The translations under genes were made by a program, and so were the position numbers. Of a stretch of DNA of 64,000 nt, positions 48,804 through 57,947 are shown one piece after another (position 1 is the stretch's first letter; the number at the start of each line of letters is the position of its first letter). The notes under the pieces were generated by a model, which was not told the DNA's origin, did not search any database, and saw only the letters and a program-made list of their open reading frames with translations. Source of the stretch: Candidatus Nanohaloarchaea archaeon (GTDB lineage Archaea > Nanohalarchaeota > Nanosalinia > Nanosalinales > Nanosalinaceae). The stretch covers positions 1 through 64,000 of the forward strand of contig JBDGRE010000005.1 of the NCBI GenBank assembly GCA_042218325.1, read 5' to 3'.

Positions 48804-49535
48804 ATGAGGGTCGTTTCTCTTGCACCTTCCAACACCGAGATACTTTTCGCGATAGGCGCAGGAGACCAGGTAGTAGCCACGACCTCCCTGTGCGACCACC
48901 CGGAGAAAGCCCGGGAGCTACCAGGCGTCGGTGGCTGGAGCCAGGGTCTCGACGTCGAGAAAGTGGTGGAGATGTCGCCGGACGTGGCTTTCGCTTCCGA
49001 TGAGCTGCAGGACGAGATCGTGGATGAGCTGTCCGGCAGAGGTATCGATGTGGTCCAGGTAAGGCCTCACACCCTTGAAGAGGTTTACGGCTCTATAGAG
49101 ACCATCGGCAGGACCGTGGGCAGGGAACAGGAGGCCCGAGAGCTCGTCAAGGGTATGAAGGCAGGGCTGAGAGAGCTTTCAGCTGAGGGCGCGAGGGTCT
49201 ACTGTGAGGAGTGGATGAGGCCCCCGATGGCGTCCGGTAACTGGGTTCCCGACCTTGTGGAGACTATCGAAGGAGAGTACTTCCTCTCCAGCGGTGAGAG
49301 GAGCAGGGAGTTCGAGCTGGAGGAGCTCGCACGGTTCGACCCGGAGTACATTTTCCTGAACGTGTGCGGCGCCGGGGACAAGGTAAACTGTGCTGAGCTG
49401 CTGGGGAGGGAGGACTGGCAGGAGATAGAGGCTGTGAGGCGCGGAGAGGCATACATCATCGATGACGCGCTGCTGAACAGGCCCAGCCCGAGACTTGTGG
49501 AGGGAGCGGCCGAGATCTCCAGAAGGGTGAAATAA
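48804..49535 (+). CDS. Cobalamin-binding protein (BtuF-like), no signal peptide
   Basis: RVVSLAPSNTEILFAIG, CDHP, DPEYI, LLNRPSPRL. Confidence 0.85.
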   Translation: MRVVSLAPSNTEILFAIGAGDQVVATTSLCDHPEKARELPGVGGWSQGLDVEKVVEMSPDVAFASDELQDEIVDELSGRGIDVVQVRPHTLEEVYGSIETIGRTVGREQEARELVKGMKAGLRELSAEGARVYCEEWMRPPMASGNWVPDLVETIEGEYFLSSGERSREFELEELARFDPEYIFLNVCGAGDKVNCAELLGREDWQEIEAVRRGEAYIIDDALLNRPSPRLVEGAAEISRRVK

Positions 49536-49536
49536 T

Positions 49537-49884
49537 TCACGCGCCGGGTATACCGACTGCTTCAAGGCTGACTACGCTCGCGAGCGACAGCAGGTACAGC
49601 ACGACCAGCGTCATAATCCATGCAAGCAGTCCCATTAGTGCGGCGTCGAGCCAGCCTCCCTCGTGCCTGTGGTTTATGACCGCGATCCAGGCCACGAGCG
49701 CGAGGAACGAACCGATGAAAGGCACGTACGAGAACACGGCCCAGGCTATCGACCCGAGAAGGGCGGTCAGGACTGAGCGGCGGTAGCTTCCGTTGCCGCT
49801 GACCACCATCGTGCCGGTGTATATGCCGAGCCCGCCGACCGCGAGGCCGGCGATGAACAGCACTGCCGTATCTGCGAATGTCAT
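49537..49884 (-). CDS. Hypothetical membrane protein (4 TM)
   Basis: Hydrophobic; GGWLDAA motif. Confidence 0.65.
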   Translation of the reverse strand: MTFADTAVLFIAGLAVGGLGIYTGTMVVSGNGSYRRSVLTALLGSIAWAVFSYVPFIGSFLALVAWIAVINHRHEGGWLDAALMGLLAWIMTLVVLYLLSLASVVSLEAVGIPGA

Positions 49885-49941
49885 GTCTCTCCAGTACTGG
49901 CGGCACGTATTAATAGGGCATGTTGGGCTGCTGCACAGGAT

Positions 49942-50502
49942 TTAGGTGTCGTGGTCCTGGTAAGGCTCGCCGTATTTGTCGCTGAGAAGGTTGACCGCGG
50001 CCTTCGCGCCGTCGCCTATCGCGAACGAGGTTTGGTACACCCAGTAATTTATGAGTCCCGCGGCGTAAAGACCCTCGAGCACGCAGTTGTCCCCGTCAGT
50101 GACTACATGCTGGTCCATCCAGTAAGGTCCCTCCTTTCCTTCCTCGAAATCGACTTCCTCGATATCGATGTAGTCCGTCATACCGGCGCTCGCCAGCACT
50201 ACGTATTCTGCCTGGTAACTGTTCTCTCCGGTCTCGACCCTGAAGGTATCGCCGTCTTTCTCCAGCGATTCGACCTCTTCTTCCCTGTGCTCGCCGTCGA
50301 AATCGGAGAGCTTTTCCCGGGCCTTCTTCAGCAGTTCCTGTCCGCCGATGGAGTCGTGGCCGACAAGGTTCTGGATATTTGATGTGCTGTAGACCAGCGA
50401 CTCGTCCGTGTCGAGCACGAGTGTTTCCTCTCCGGCTTTGGCGGTGAAGACCGCGGCCTGAAGGCCGGCGACGCCCCCGCCTATAACTATCACGTCTTTC
50501 AT
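49942..50502 (-). CDS. Short thioredoxin-reductase-like FAD-dependent oxidoreductase
   Basis: IGGGVAG, VLASA, GLYAAG, GDGAKAA. Confidence 0.8.
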   Translation of the reverse strand: MKDVIVIGGGVAGLQAAVFTAKAGEETLVLDTDESLVYSTSNIQNLVGHDSIGGQELLKKAREKLSDFDGEHREEEVESLEKDGDTFRVETGENSYQAEYVVLASAGMTDYIDIEEVDFEEGKEGPYWMDQHVVTDGDNCVLEGLYAAGLINYWVYQTSFAIGDGAKAAVNLLSDKYGEPYQDHDT

Positions 50503-50525
50503 ATCCTGGTCTTCGAAAGATAGAG

Positions 50526-51161
50526 TTAAGAAATCTCAGGAAAACTTCTTAGCTCCTTTTCCAGATCTTCCTGAGTGTCGAAGTATCTCACGGGCCAGTA
50601 ACAGGAGATACCGCCGAAGCCCTCCAGCCGTGTATCAAGGTCCACAAGGACATACTCGGTATCGGGGAAATCATTGTCCCTTATGGCGTGCCTCCCATCA
50701 GTATCTTTCAGCAGCCTCACCCCTTCCTGGTCGCCGGCGAACCGGGATACCGCCAGGCTGTTCTCCCCCGTCTCGATGTATAGAACTTCGAGCTCCAGGT
50801 CTCCGTTCCCTTCCATTATCTCCTCTACCGACGCAGAACCGGTGCTCTCAACGGCGTTTCCCTTCTGGTTATCCGGGTTCTCCTGGCCTCGCGGCCACGT
50901 GAACCTGGTTTCCTCTTCCCCGGTACTATCTTCCCTCTCCTGGCTTCTATCCGGGATATCAGTTGCGTTGCCCGAGGCTATCTCTGCGAGTTGCTCTCTG
51001 TATCCATCTCTTATCTCGGAGCCGTTCCAGGTCGTTCTGCTGGAGTAACCCCAGCGGAATTCTTCGTCGTAGTCGGCACCGACCACCTCTGCTATGCCGG
51101 GCATGAGAGACCCGACCTGCTTGGTGCTTGTATCGATACCTCTCTCCTCCAGGTAGGCCAC
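50526..51161 (-). CDS. Hypothetical protein; probably the 3' part of a broken gene with 51206-52117
   Basis: Frame extends upstream as GNPYPKSRHIVAYL...KQVGSLM...WGYSSRTTW (winged-helix-like). Confidence 0.5.
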   Translation of the reverse strand: MAYLEERGIDTSTKQVGSLMPGIAEVVGADYDEEFRWGYSSRTTWNGSEIRDGYREQLAEIASGNATDIPDRSQEREDSTGEEETRFTWPRGQENPDNQKGNAVESTGSASVEEIMEGNGDLELEVLYIETGENSLAVSRFAGDQEGVRLLKDTDGRHAIRDNDFPDTEYVLVDLDTRLEGFGGISCYWPVRYFDTQEDLEKELRSFPEIS

Positions 51162-51205
51162 TATATGCCGGGACTTGGGATAGGGATTTCCCCCCCCTTA
51201 AGAAA

Positions 51206-52117
51206 TTAGGAGGCGATACCCGCAACCAGCCGCTGCTTCTCTTCCATGCTTTCCAGTTCTGTTTCCAGTCTGATGCTGTTCTCTCGGCCGATCCTTAACC
51301 GGGAAACCTCGCCAGCGTTCTCCATCTCCGACAGCATCTTGCTGATCTTTCCAGCGCTCCAGTCGAGCTTTTCGCCGAGTTCTTTCTGCTTCATCACGCC
51401 GTCGTTTCTCTCCAGCAGCTTCTCTACGATCTGGATTCCTGTGTTCCCCGGGTCAAGAAGATGTAGTTGCGGCTCCCCGTATCTATCGGCCTCGACTGCC
51501 TCCGGCACTTCCAGAGTTTCACCTGGCCCATCCGGAAGTTCACCTATCTCCTGCTTCAGCAGTCTCGCGGCGTACTCTGCTCCGGCAAGTTCATGCTGCA
51601 AATCTTCCTGAAACGGTTCATCCTCCTCTTCAAGGAGCCTCCATTTAAAGTGGCGGCCGTCTTTAACCCTCTCTATAAGTCCTTCATCCTCGAATCTCTG
51701 GCCCAGGATGCTGGCGTAGCCATCTGTTATATCTAGGATTTCTCGAACGTCGCTCTGCTCTATCATGCCTTCACGTGATACCAGGTGCGCTGCATGCTCC
51801 ACCGCCACCAACTCCTCACGGAGCTCTGAGTCGCGCCGGGCAACAAGTATATCCGAGGCTTCCGGGGTAAGGTGGTACGTGGTCGCCCGTGTCTGGCCGG
51901 TTTTTTCCAGGATACCCCTGTCTACAAGTTCACTTCTCTTATGGGAAACAGTTCCAGGAGTGAAACCGGTTTTTCCCGCTGTCTGTTCCGGAGAAATCGC
52001 CTTAACCGCGTCCCTGAGAACGGTCACAAGTCTCTCCTGTTCCAGTTCCTCCAGGGTCTCGTGTGCAGATTCCGATATCTCGGCATAATCACTGTTGTTG
52101 TTGTCCTCTACGGCCAC
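51206..52117 (-). CDS. Multi winged-helix DNA-binding protein
   Basis: Three wHTH repeats, e.g. QKELGEKLDWSAGKISKMLSEME...IGREN. Confidence 0.7.
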   Translation of the reverse strand: MAVEDNNNSDYAEISESAHETLEELEQERLVTVLRDAVKAISPEQTAGKTGFTPGTVSHKRSELVDRGILEKTGQTRATTYHLTPEASDILVARRDSELREELVAVEHAAHLVSREGMIEQSDVREILDITDGYASILGQRFEDEGLIERVKDGRHFKWRLLEEEDEPFQEDLQHELAGAEYAARLLKQEIGELPDGPGETLEVPEAVEADRYGEPQLHLLDPGNTGIQIVEKLLERNDGVMKQKELGEKLDWSAGKISKMLSEMENAGEVSRLRIGRENSIRLETELESMEEKQRLVAGIAS

Positions 52118-52225
52118 GGATTTTTTTTATCCAAGAAGAGTAATAAACTTGCCGCAACCACCTTCGCTGACCCGTTTAAAAGCCTCTAAGAGGCTTAAAA
52201 AAGATAAAAAGTGTCTATGGTTTTC

Positions 52226-52831
52226 CTATCCCTCGAAGGTGGAGACGACTTCTTCGAACCGCTCCCCGACACTGCTCCAGTCAACCACGTCGAAGAAGCT
52301 GTCGATGAAGTCGCCACGGTCCGGGCCGTAGTCGTGGTAGTAGCTGTGCTCCCAGACGTCGACCGCGAGCACTGGATGCGCACCCCACACCGCGCCCCGG
52401 TCATGCTTGTCGACCGTGACGTTGTGTAGCTCTCCGGTCCTCGGGATGTAGACCAGTAAAGCCCAGCCACCGGCGCTTTTCGCGGCAGCCACGAACTCCT
52501 GCTTCCAGTCCTCGTACGAGCCGAAGTCCTCCTCTATCTTTTCCAGGAGTTCATCTTCCGGCCTACCGCCGCCGTTCGGCGACATCGATTTCCAGAAGAC
52601 GTCGTGCAGGACGGTGCCGCAGAAGTTGTGCGTGAAGTTGCCGAGGATGTTTCCGGTCGAGGAAAAGTCGCCGCTTTCTCGCTGCTTCTCCAGTTTTTCC
52701 TCGGCGGAGTTCCAGCCGTCCACGTAGCCCTGGTGGTGGACATCGTGATGCCACTTCATCACCTGTTCGGATATAGCGGGTTCGAGAGCGTCGTAGTCGT
52801 ACGGGAGCTTCATGAGGCCCTGTCCAGACAT
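52226..52831 (-). CDS. sod: Fe/Mn superoxide dismutase
   Basis: LPYDYDALEP, HHDVHHQGY, DVWEHSYY; start MSGQG at 52831. Confidence 0.95.
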   Translation of the reverse strand: MSGQGLMKLPYDYDALEPAISEQVMKWHHDVHHQGYVDGWNSAEEKLEKQRESGDFSSTGNILGNFTHNFCGTVLHDVFWKSMSPNGGGRPEDELLEKIEEDFGSYEDWKQEFVAAAKSAGGWALLVYIPRTGELHNVTVDKHDRGAVWGAHPVLAVDVWEHSYYHDYGPDRGDFIDSFFDVVDWSSVGERFEEVVSTFEG

Positions 52832-52934
52832 AGTATAATCACCGGTATATGATTGCCGGCGCGGGGTTAAATCAGTTTTGCCTGTGATGCAAGAAAGGAA
52901 AGAAAAATGAAAGGAAGGAAATGTGACCGGCGTT

Positions 52935-53558
52935 TTACCCGGTCGTGGAGCTGCTCGAGTCCTGTGAACCGGTCGCGTTGCTCGGCTGCTGCTCAAGCTG
53001 CTGGATGAGCTGGTCGATGGGCTGGACCATCGAGCGACCGAACGGGCCACGGGTCCTGATAAGCAGCTCACCATCGGGCGAAACGTAGAACTGCTGCGAG
53101 GTAGTCTGGTTGCCCTGCATACTCGTGACGTTCACGAGGAACATCCCGTTGGAACGAGTGACCTCTACGGACTCGGGCGTGGAGCCGGCAGCGCTGAAAA
53201 GATCGTTCATAGACTGCCTGACGTCCGCGGTACTTGCCTGAGCACCGCTGCCGCCGACAGGCCCGAAGGCGCCAGCTGCAAGACCCACCACGAGGCCTAC
53301 CACGAGGCCGCCGACAAGGGCAGTGCTCGGCGCAAGTGAGCTGAGGAACATCTCTTCCCTGGCCTCTTCCTTTCCGGCCTCGCGTTCCTGCTCCTCAAGC
53401 CTGTTCTCGAGCCAGGTGCGGAGCGTCTTCCTGTTCTCTCCCTGCGTCTCGGCCTCGAGAAGCGCCTCGTAGTCCGGATTTTCCATATCCCTGATACTAT
53501 CCTTCGCGTCATCCACCGTCTGGTCAACGATGTCTGAATAATCAGTATCTTCCGTCAT
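52935..53558 (-). CDS. Hypothetical single-TM protein
   Basis: LLEAE..GENRKTL N-domain, TM helix, YVSPDG extracellular domain. Confidence 0.65.
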   Translation of the reverse strand: MTEDTDYSDIVDQTVDDAKDSIRDMENPDYEALLEAETQGENRKTLRTWLENRLEEQEREAGKEEAREEMFLSSLAPSTALVGGLVVGLVVGLAAGAFGPVGGSGAQASTADVRQSMNDLFSAAGSTPESVEVTRSNGMFLVNVTSMQGNQTTSQQFYVSPDGELLIRTRGPFGRSMVQPIDQLIQQLEQQPSNATGSQDSSSSTTG

Positions 53559-53744
53559 ATAACGCAGGATTATCAAAGAACCTTTTAAAGAATTTGCCGG
53601 ACTGAACCTCTCAACGTGGAAAACTGTGGCAGGTATCAGCCTGCCGGCGTATTCAGTTCGCGCCGGTTTCCTCTAACGCCTGCGAGTATATATCCCCGGT
53701 GTCAGCCGGATGGAATAAGTGTTCGTGAAAAGATACAGTGACTT

Positions 53745-54005
53745 TCATGTCAGGCTCTCCACGCCATCGTAGTCCCAGATGCGGACATCATAGTGTACCT
53801 CGCCATCCTGTTTCTCGAACTCCGATACTTCGATTTTCTCGGGCACCATCCCCTCACTTAACAGGAGAGCCATGAGTTCCTCGTCCTCCAAGTCATCATA
53901 GTTCTCACCGAGATACCTGACCTCTCTCAGGTTGCCTGCCATGATGCCGTCCTGGAGCTGTTCGACACCTACAGGGTACGAATCCAGAAAAATCCAGGCA
54001 GTCAT
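53745..54005 (-). CDS. Hypothetical protein
   Basis: Acidic ORF overlapping the upstream stop (ATGA). Confidence 0.55.
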   Translation of the reverse strand: MTAWIFLDSYPVGVEQLQDGIMAGNLREVRYLGENYDDLEDEELMALLLSEGMVPEKIEVSEFEKQDGEVHYDVRIWDYDGVESLT

Positions 54006-54241
54006 CTATGTCCCCCATGTTGTCGAATCTGCTGTTCCAGCCGTCCAAAAGGGTTGAAATCCTCGGTGGCGAACTCAACATCTCCCTCCGAGTCCAGCAG
54101 CATCTCCTCTATATCCAGTTCCTGGCCGGAGCCGTGGAAGACCGGTTCCGACAGCCACACCTTCTTGAGATTGCGGACAAGGTTCTCAAGGCTGTCCCTC
54201 CACGAGGCCGATCTACCCCGGTTTGCAGCGTTCTTTTTCAT
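54002..54241 (-). CDS. Hypothetical protein
   Basis: 79-aa ORF downstream of tRNA-Trp. Confidence 0.5.
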   Translation of the reverse strand: MKKNAANRGRSASWRDSLENLVRNLKKVWLSEPVFHGSGQELDIEEMLLDSEGDVEFATEDFNPFGRLEQQIRQHGGHR

Positions 54242-54307
54242 TGTTTGTTATCAAAACATCACAACTTTAAGTTTAACGAGGGTTCCTGCTCAGGCCGGAG
54301 AAAATGA

Positions 54308-54520
54308 TGGGGTGGGAGGGATTTGAACCCGCAACCTTCCGCTGTCTCCGAAACTTTCGCCCGAAGTTTCATCACGCGGGGAGCATTCAGCTTGCCTGAA
54401 TGCATATCAGGATTAATCATCGGGCCTCTCGGCCCTCATCCCTCCAAAGCGGGCACGCATCCTAGCGGGACGCAACCAGTCGCTGGAGGCGGACGCTCTC
54501 CCAAGTTGAGCTACCACCCC
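54308..54520 (-). tRNA. tRNA-Trp(CCA) with a 139-nt intron at 37/38 (intron 54344-54482)
   Basis: Exon 1 GGGGTGGTAGCTCAACTTGGGAGAGCGTCCGCCTCCAG, exon 2 AGCGGAAGGTTGCGGGTTCAAATCCCTCCCACCCCA; BHB helix CUCC/GGAG with two 3-nt bulges. Confidence 0.92.
54344..54482 (-). ncRNA. Intron-encoded box C/D guide RNA (predicted target C34 of tRNA-Trp)
   Basis: Guide CCGCTTTGGAGG, then G, ATGA (D'), GGGCC-GAGA-GGCCC hairpin, ATGATTA (C'), CTGA and GTGATGA. Confidence 0.75.
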
Positions 54521-54566
54521 TTACAGCCTCAAAACCTGTGCGAGACTTTAAATGAGTAAGCGCTCG

Positions 54567-54851
54567 CTACAGCATCGACAGTCTTGCCGCGGTGTAGGCC
54601 GCGAACAGGACAACCATCAGCAGCGATGTGACCGATATCAGGTCGAGAAACCGTGTCCAGTCGTCGTCAAGCTCCTCGCCGAGCCCTGCCGCTACGAAGG
54701 CTATAGATGCGAGTACTGCCTGGCCCAGCAGCGTTCCCGAGAACGCGGGCGAGACCGCGAGAGATATACCGGCCATGAACGTTAGGCCGTAGAACAGCGG
54801 TTTCGAGACATCCATCAGTCTCTGCTGGCTAAGCCTGAGTTCCATATCCAT
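54567..54851 (-). CDS. Hypothetical membrane protein
   Basis: Three TM helices; start MDMELRL. Confidence 0.55.
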   Translation of the reverse strand: MDMELRLSQQRLMDVSKPLFYGLTFMAGISLAVSPAFSGTLLGQAVLASIAFVAAGLGEELDDDWTRFLDLISVTSLLMVVLFAAYTAARLSML

Positions 54852-54933
54852 GACTGTGAATTGCGGCTGCCGGTTTTTAAACGGTCCGGTGGGAACCGCC
54901 CGGTTTGTAACTCTTGGCAGCGCTATAGTGTGT

Positions 54934-55893
54934 GTGATAAGGGAGAAAGACGGCATCCATATCGACGCCCGGCAGAAGGTGGTCGCAGACAGCCGGAAGG
55001 CCACGGGCGACGTGAACTTCGTGAGCCACGCACATTTCGACCACCTGCACCAGGGCGGTAACAGGGTCCTCTGCTCACCGGAAACCGCTGAGCTTGTCGA
55101 GGCCCGGACAGGAGACGAAGTGGAGAGCAGTCATTCTCACAGGGATATCGAGCTCCTGCCCTCCGGCCACATCCTAGGTTCCCGGGCCGCCTTGATCAGG
55201 GGAGAGAAAGATGTCCTGTACACAGGGGATGTCTCGCTGCGCGACCGCTTTTACCTCGACGGTTTCGAGCCGGTAGAGGCCGACGTACTCGTGGTCGAGT
55301 CGACCTACGGCATACCGGCCTACAGCTTCCCCCTGCAGGAAGAGGTGGAAAGAAGTTTCACGGAGTGGCTAGAAAGTGTGGATAGGCCGGTGTTGCTGTT
55401 CGGCTACTCTCTCGGCAAGGCACAGAAGATACAGAAACTGGTCGAGAAGGCCACAGAAAGGCCTTTGCTGGCGCATGGAGCGGTCAAGAACATGAACGAC
55501 GCTGTCGAGGAGGCATCCGGTATAGGTTTCGAAGCGGAGCCGTACAGCGGGAACCGGGAGAAGCTCGAAGACGGTGTACTCGTCGCGCCTTCCCGGCTGT
55601 CGAACAGCGACTGGGCGGATGAACTCGTGAAGGAGTTCGACGCCGTGAAAGCCGGTTTCTCGGGATGGGCCGTGCAGGATTCTTTCCGGTACCGCGGAGA
55701 TTACGACCGGACGTTCCCGCTGAGCGACCACTGCGGCTTCGAGGACCTCGTGAAACTGGTGGAGGAAGTTGATCCGGACAAGGTCTACACTCACCACGGG
55801 TTCGACGAGGCGTTCGCGTCCTACCTGAGCCGGGAGAAAGGCATAAGCGCGCAGCCATTGAAGAGGAACCAGTCGACGCTCGCTGACTTTTAA
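54934..55893 (+). CDS. MBL-fold/beta-CASP nuclease
   Basis: SHAHFDH, GHILG, YTGD, ESTYG, YSLGKAQ, LSDHC, THHG; GTG start at 54934. Confidence 0.85.
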   Translation: MIREKDGIHIDARQKVVADSRKATGDVNFVSHAHFDHLHQGGNRVLCSPETAELVEARTGDEVESSHSHRDIELLPSGHILGSRAALIRGEKDVLYTGDVSLRDRFYLDGFEPVEADVLVVESTYGIPAYSFPLQEEVERSFTEWLESVDRPVLLFGYSLGKAQKIQKLVEKATERPLLAHGAVKNMNDAVEEASGIGFEAEPYSGNREKLEDGVLVAPSRLSNSDWADELVKEFDAVKAGFSGWAVQDSFRYRGDYDRTFPLSDHCGFEDLVKLVEEVDPDKVYTHHGFDEAFASYLSREKGISAQPLKRNQSTLADF

Positions 55894-55918
55894 GACCCTG
55901 CAGCCGCAACCTACAGCT

Positions 55919-56254
55919 ATGTCAGAGCTATCGGAGAAGAGATGTGAGCCGTGCCAGGGTGGCGTCGAACCGCTTGAAGGCGATAAAATAAATCCGTACC
56001 TCGAACAGCTTGACAGCGACTGGGAGGTCGTCGACGAACACCACCTGAGACGGGAGTTCGACTTCGAGGACTTCAAGGAGGCGCTTGACTTCGTCAAAAA
56101 AGTAGGAGAAATCGCGGAGGAAGAGGGCCACCATCCCGACATCGAGTTCACCTGGGGCGAGGCCACGGTCAAGATATACACCCACAAAATCGACGGGCTG
56201 CACGAGAACGACTTCATACTGGCCAGCAAGATAGACGAGATAATCAGCGGGTGA
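55919..56254 (+). CDS. Pterin-4a-carbinolamine dehydratase
   Basis: CEPC, EGHHPDI, THKIDGLHENDFILASKID. Confidence 0.92.
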   Translation: MSELSEKRCEPCQGGVEPLEGDKINPYLEQLDSDWEVVDEHHLRREFDFEDFKEALDFVKKVGEIAEEEGHHPDIEFTWGEATVKIYTHKIDGLHENDFILASKIDEIISG

Positions 56255-56669
56255 AGAACAGCCTGTCAAGCGTGGCCTCGACAAACTTCTGGCTCCTGTC
56301 GTCGAACAGCGGGGCCACGTCTTCTATGCACTGCCGTCCTGTTGAGGTCAGCTGTGCGCCGAACTCCTTCCGCGAGGTCCTGATGACGTCTACTTCTTTC
56401 TCCAGCGCCCCGGATATCTCGCGGTTCTGCTTTTTGCCGTGGTCGTCGAAATCCGTGAGCACCGCCACTCTTTCCGCGCCCCGGGAAACATCTTCGACAA
56501 GGTCATCGAGTTTGCGCTCCGCGGACAGGAATATCCTGCCCGTGAACCCTAGCTGCTGCATCACTTCGCGGTCCGCGACCCCCTCCACGACTACAGAGTC
56601 GACATCCCGGTCTATCTTTTCCACGAGCCGCTCGAGGTTCTTCCTCTCCTCGAACCGCTTCTTCTCCAT
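56244..56669 (-). CDS. Small Toprim-domain protein
   Basis: VVVEG..D and LTDFDDHG. Confidence 0.8.
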   Translation of the reverse strand: MEKKRFEERKNLERLVEKIDRDVDSVVVEGVADREVMQQLGFTGRIFLSAERKLDDLVEDVSRGAERVAVLTDFDDHGKKQNREISGALEKEVDVIRTSRKEFGAQLTSTGRQCIEDVAPLFDDRSQKFVEATLDRLFFTR

Positions 56670-56714
56670 CGGTAACATGGGCTTCCCTGAAGTTTTACGG
56701 CCCAGTCTTAAATA

Positions 56715-57947
56715 TCATTTCTGGACAGCGCTCGCCTTCTTCCCGAGCACCGGGTTGACAGAGGACTGGTAGATGCTGCGGACCATATCCCGGAAAGAGT
56801 CAAGCGGCTCCTGTCCCTCGCTGTGCTTCACCTCGAGATCCCCGGTCACCTCTATGTTCTCGCGGAACCGGTTACCCCTTATCTCGCCGAATCTGCGGGC
56901 GTTCAGGAACTGGTCGCTGAGGCTTGAGGCCGCCTCTTCTGGTAGCACCGCCTCTATACTGTGGTTGACGTCGTCGGTCGACCTGACCCGGGCCCTGAAA
57001 TCCACAGCGTTGCTCCTCACCTCGATGAAGTCGTCGCCGTACTCCTTTTCGACAGGTATCTTCGGCGTGAACATCGACAGCACCTCTCCCGGTGACACGA
57101 TGCCCGCGGTCTTCTTGACCTCTCGTTCGACATCTCCCGGCTGTACGAGGTACCCGTTTTGCCTCGGCTCGAAGGTGTTGATGGCCGCGTAGTACACGTC
57201 CTCCTTCTCGCCGATACGTTCACGGACCTCTTTGACCTTCTGCTCGACGTTCTCCACGGCCTCTCTTGAGTAAGGTATGTCGAACAGGAACTCCTGCTGT
57301 CTCTCCCGGTGCCTCGCCACCGCGTCCACCGGGATGTTGTGGTCGTACGACTCGATGGGGGGCCGCTCCAGCTCTAGGCCGACGAAGTCCTCCTCTATGT
57401 CCTCGAGCGTCTCGATCCCCTGCTGCAACCTTGACTCGAAAGGCTTGATGCTGCTGAATAGCAGCCGGGCCTGGCTCTGCGACAGCTGCTTCCGCTCCAC
57501 CATCTTGGCGACATCCCTCACCACCCGGTCAGTATCAGTGTAGACGAGCTCACGCTGCAGGAACTGGTGGAAACACGAGAAAGGTACCTGCTCGTAGCCG
57601 TCCACAGGGTCGCTGCCCTGCGTGACGAATATACCCCTGACCTCGTGCTCCGCGAGCTCCGACAGCTCGAGGCCCACATCTACCGGGTTGTTGCGGACCA
57701 TATCCACGTATTTCTCCATCCGGGATATGTCGTCCCCGTCGATCTCCTGCTTGCCTTTCGCGTCGACTATCCATATCTCCTTCTTGTTCTCCCGGGTCAA
57801 ACGGGCGAAGCAGTCCGGCCGGGAGTCGCTCAGGCTGCCGACGCGCTCGAAGAAATCGAAGTAGCCCTCGTACTGCCGCAGGGCATCGAGCACGTCCCTC
57901 TGGAACACGCTCCAGTCGTCAGCCACCTTCAACCACCTCGTAGTCAT
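56715..57947 (-). CDS. Hypothetical protein with an N-terminal PD-(D/E)xK nuclease-like domain
   Basis: FQRDV, RPDCFA, IWIVDAK, MEKY, GIFVT spacing typical of Mrr-like endonucleases. Confidence 0.6.
   Translation of the reverse strand: MTTRWLKVADDWSVFQRDVLDALRQYEGYFDFFERVGSLSDSRPDCFARLTRENKKEIWIVDAKGKQEIDGDDISRMEKYVDMVRNNPVDVGLELSELAEHEVRGIFVTQGSDPVDGYEQVPFSCFHQFLQRELVYTDTDRVVRDVAKMVERKQLSQSQARLLFSSIKPFESRLQQGIETLEDIEEDFVGLELERPPIESYDHNIPVDAVARHRERQQEFLFDIPYSREAVENVEQKVKEVRERIGEKEDVYYAAINTFEPRQNGYLVQPGDVEREVKKTAGIVSPGEVLSMFTPKIPVEKEYGDDFIEVRSNAVDFRARVRSTDDVNHSIEAVLPEEAASSLSDQFLNARRFGEIRGNRFRENIEVTGDLEVKHSEGQEPLDSFRDMVRSIYQSSVNPVLGKKASAVQK

Noticed and set aside
52226-53074. N-terminal extension of SOD in the ORF track
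   Set aside because: It overlaps the upstream gene and is non-homologous; the start at 52831 follows a TATA-like element.
54344-54380. Hammerhead ribozyme in the tRNA-Trp intron (GUGAUGA...GAAA)
   Set aside because: The core lacks CUGANGA and stem II does not pair; a box C or simple hairpin explains it better.
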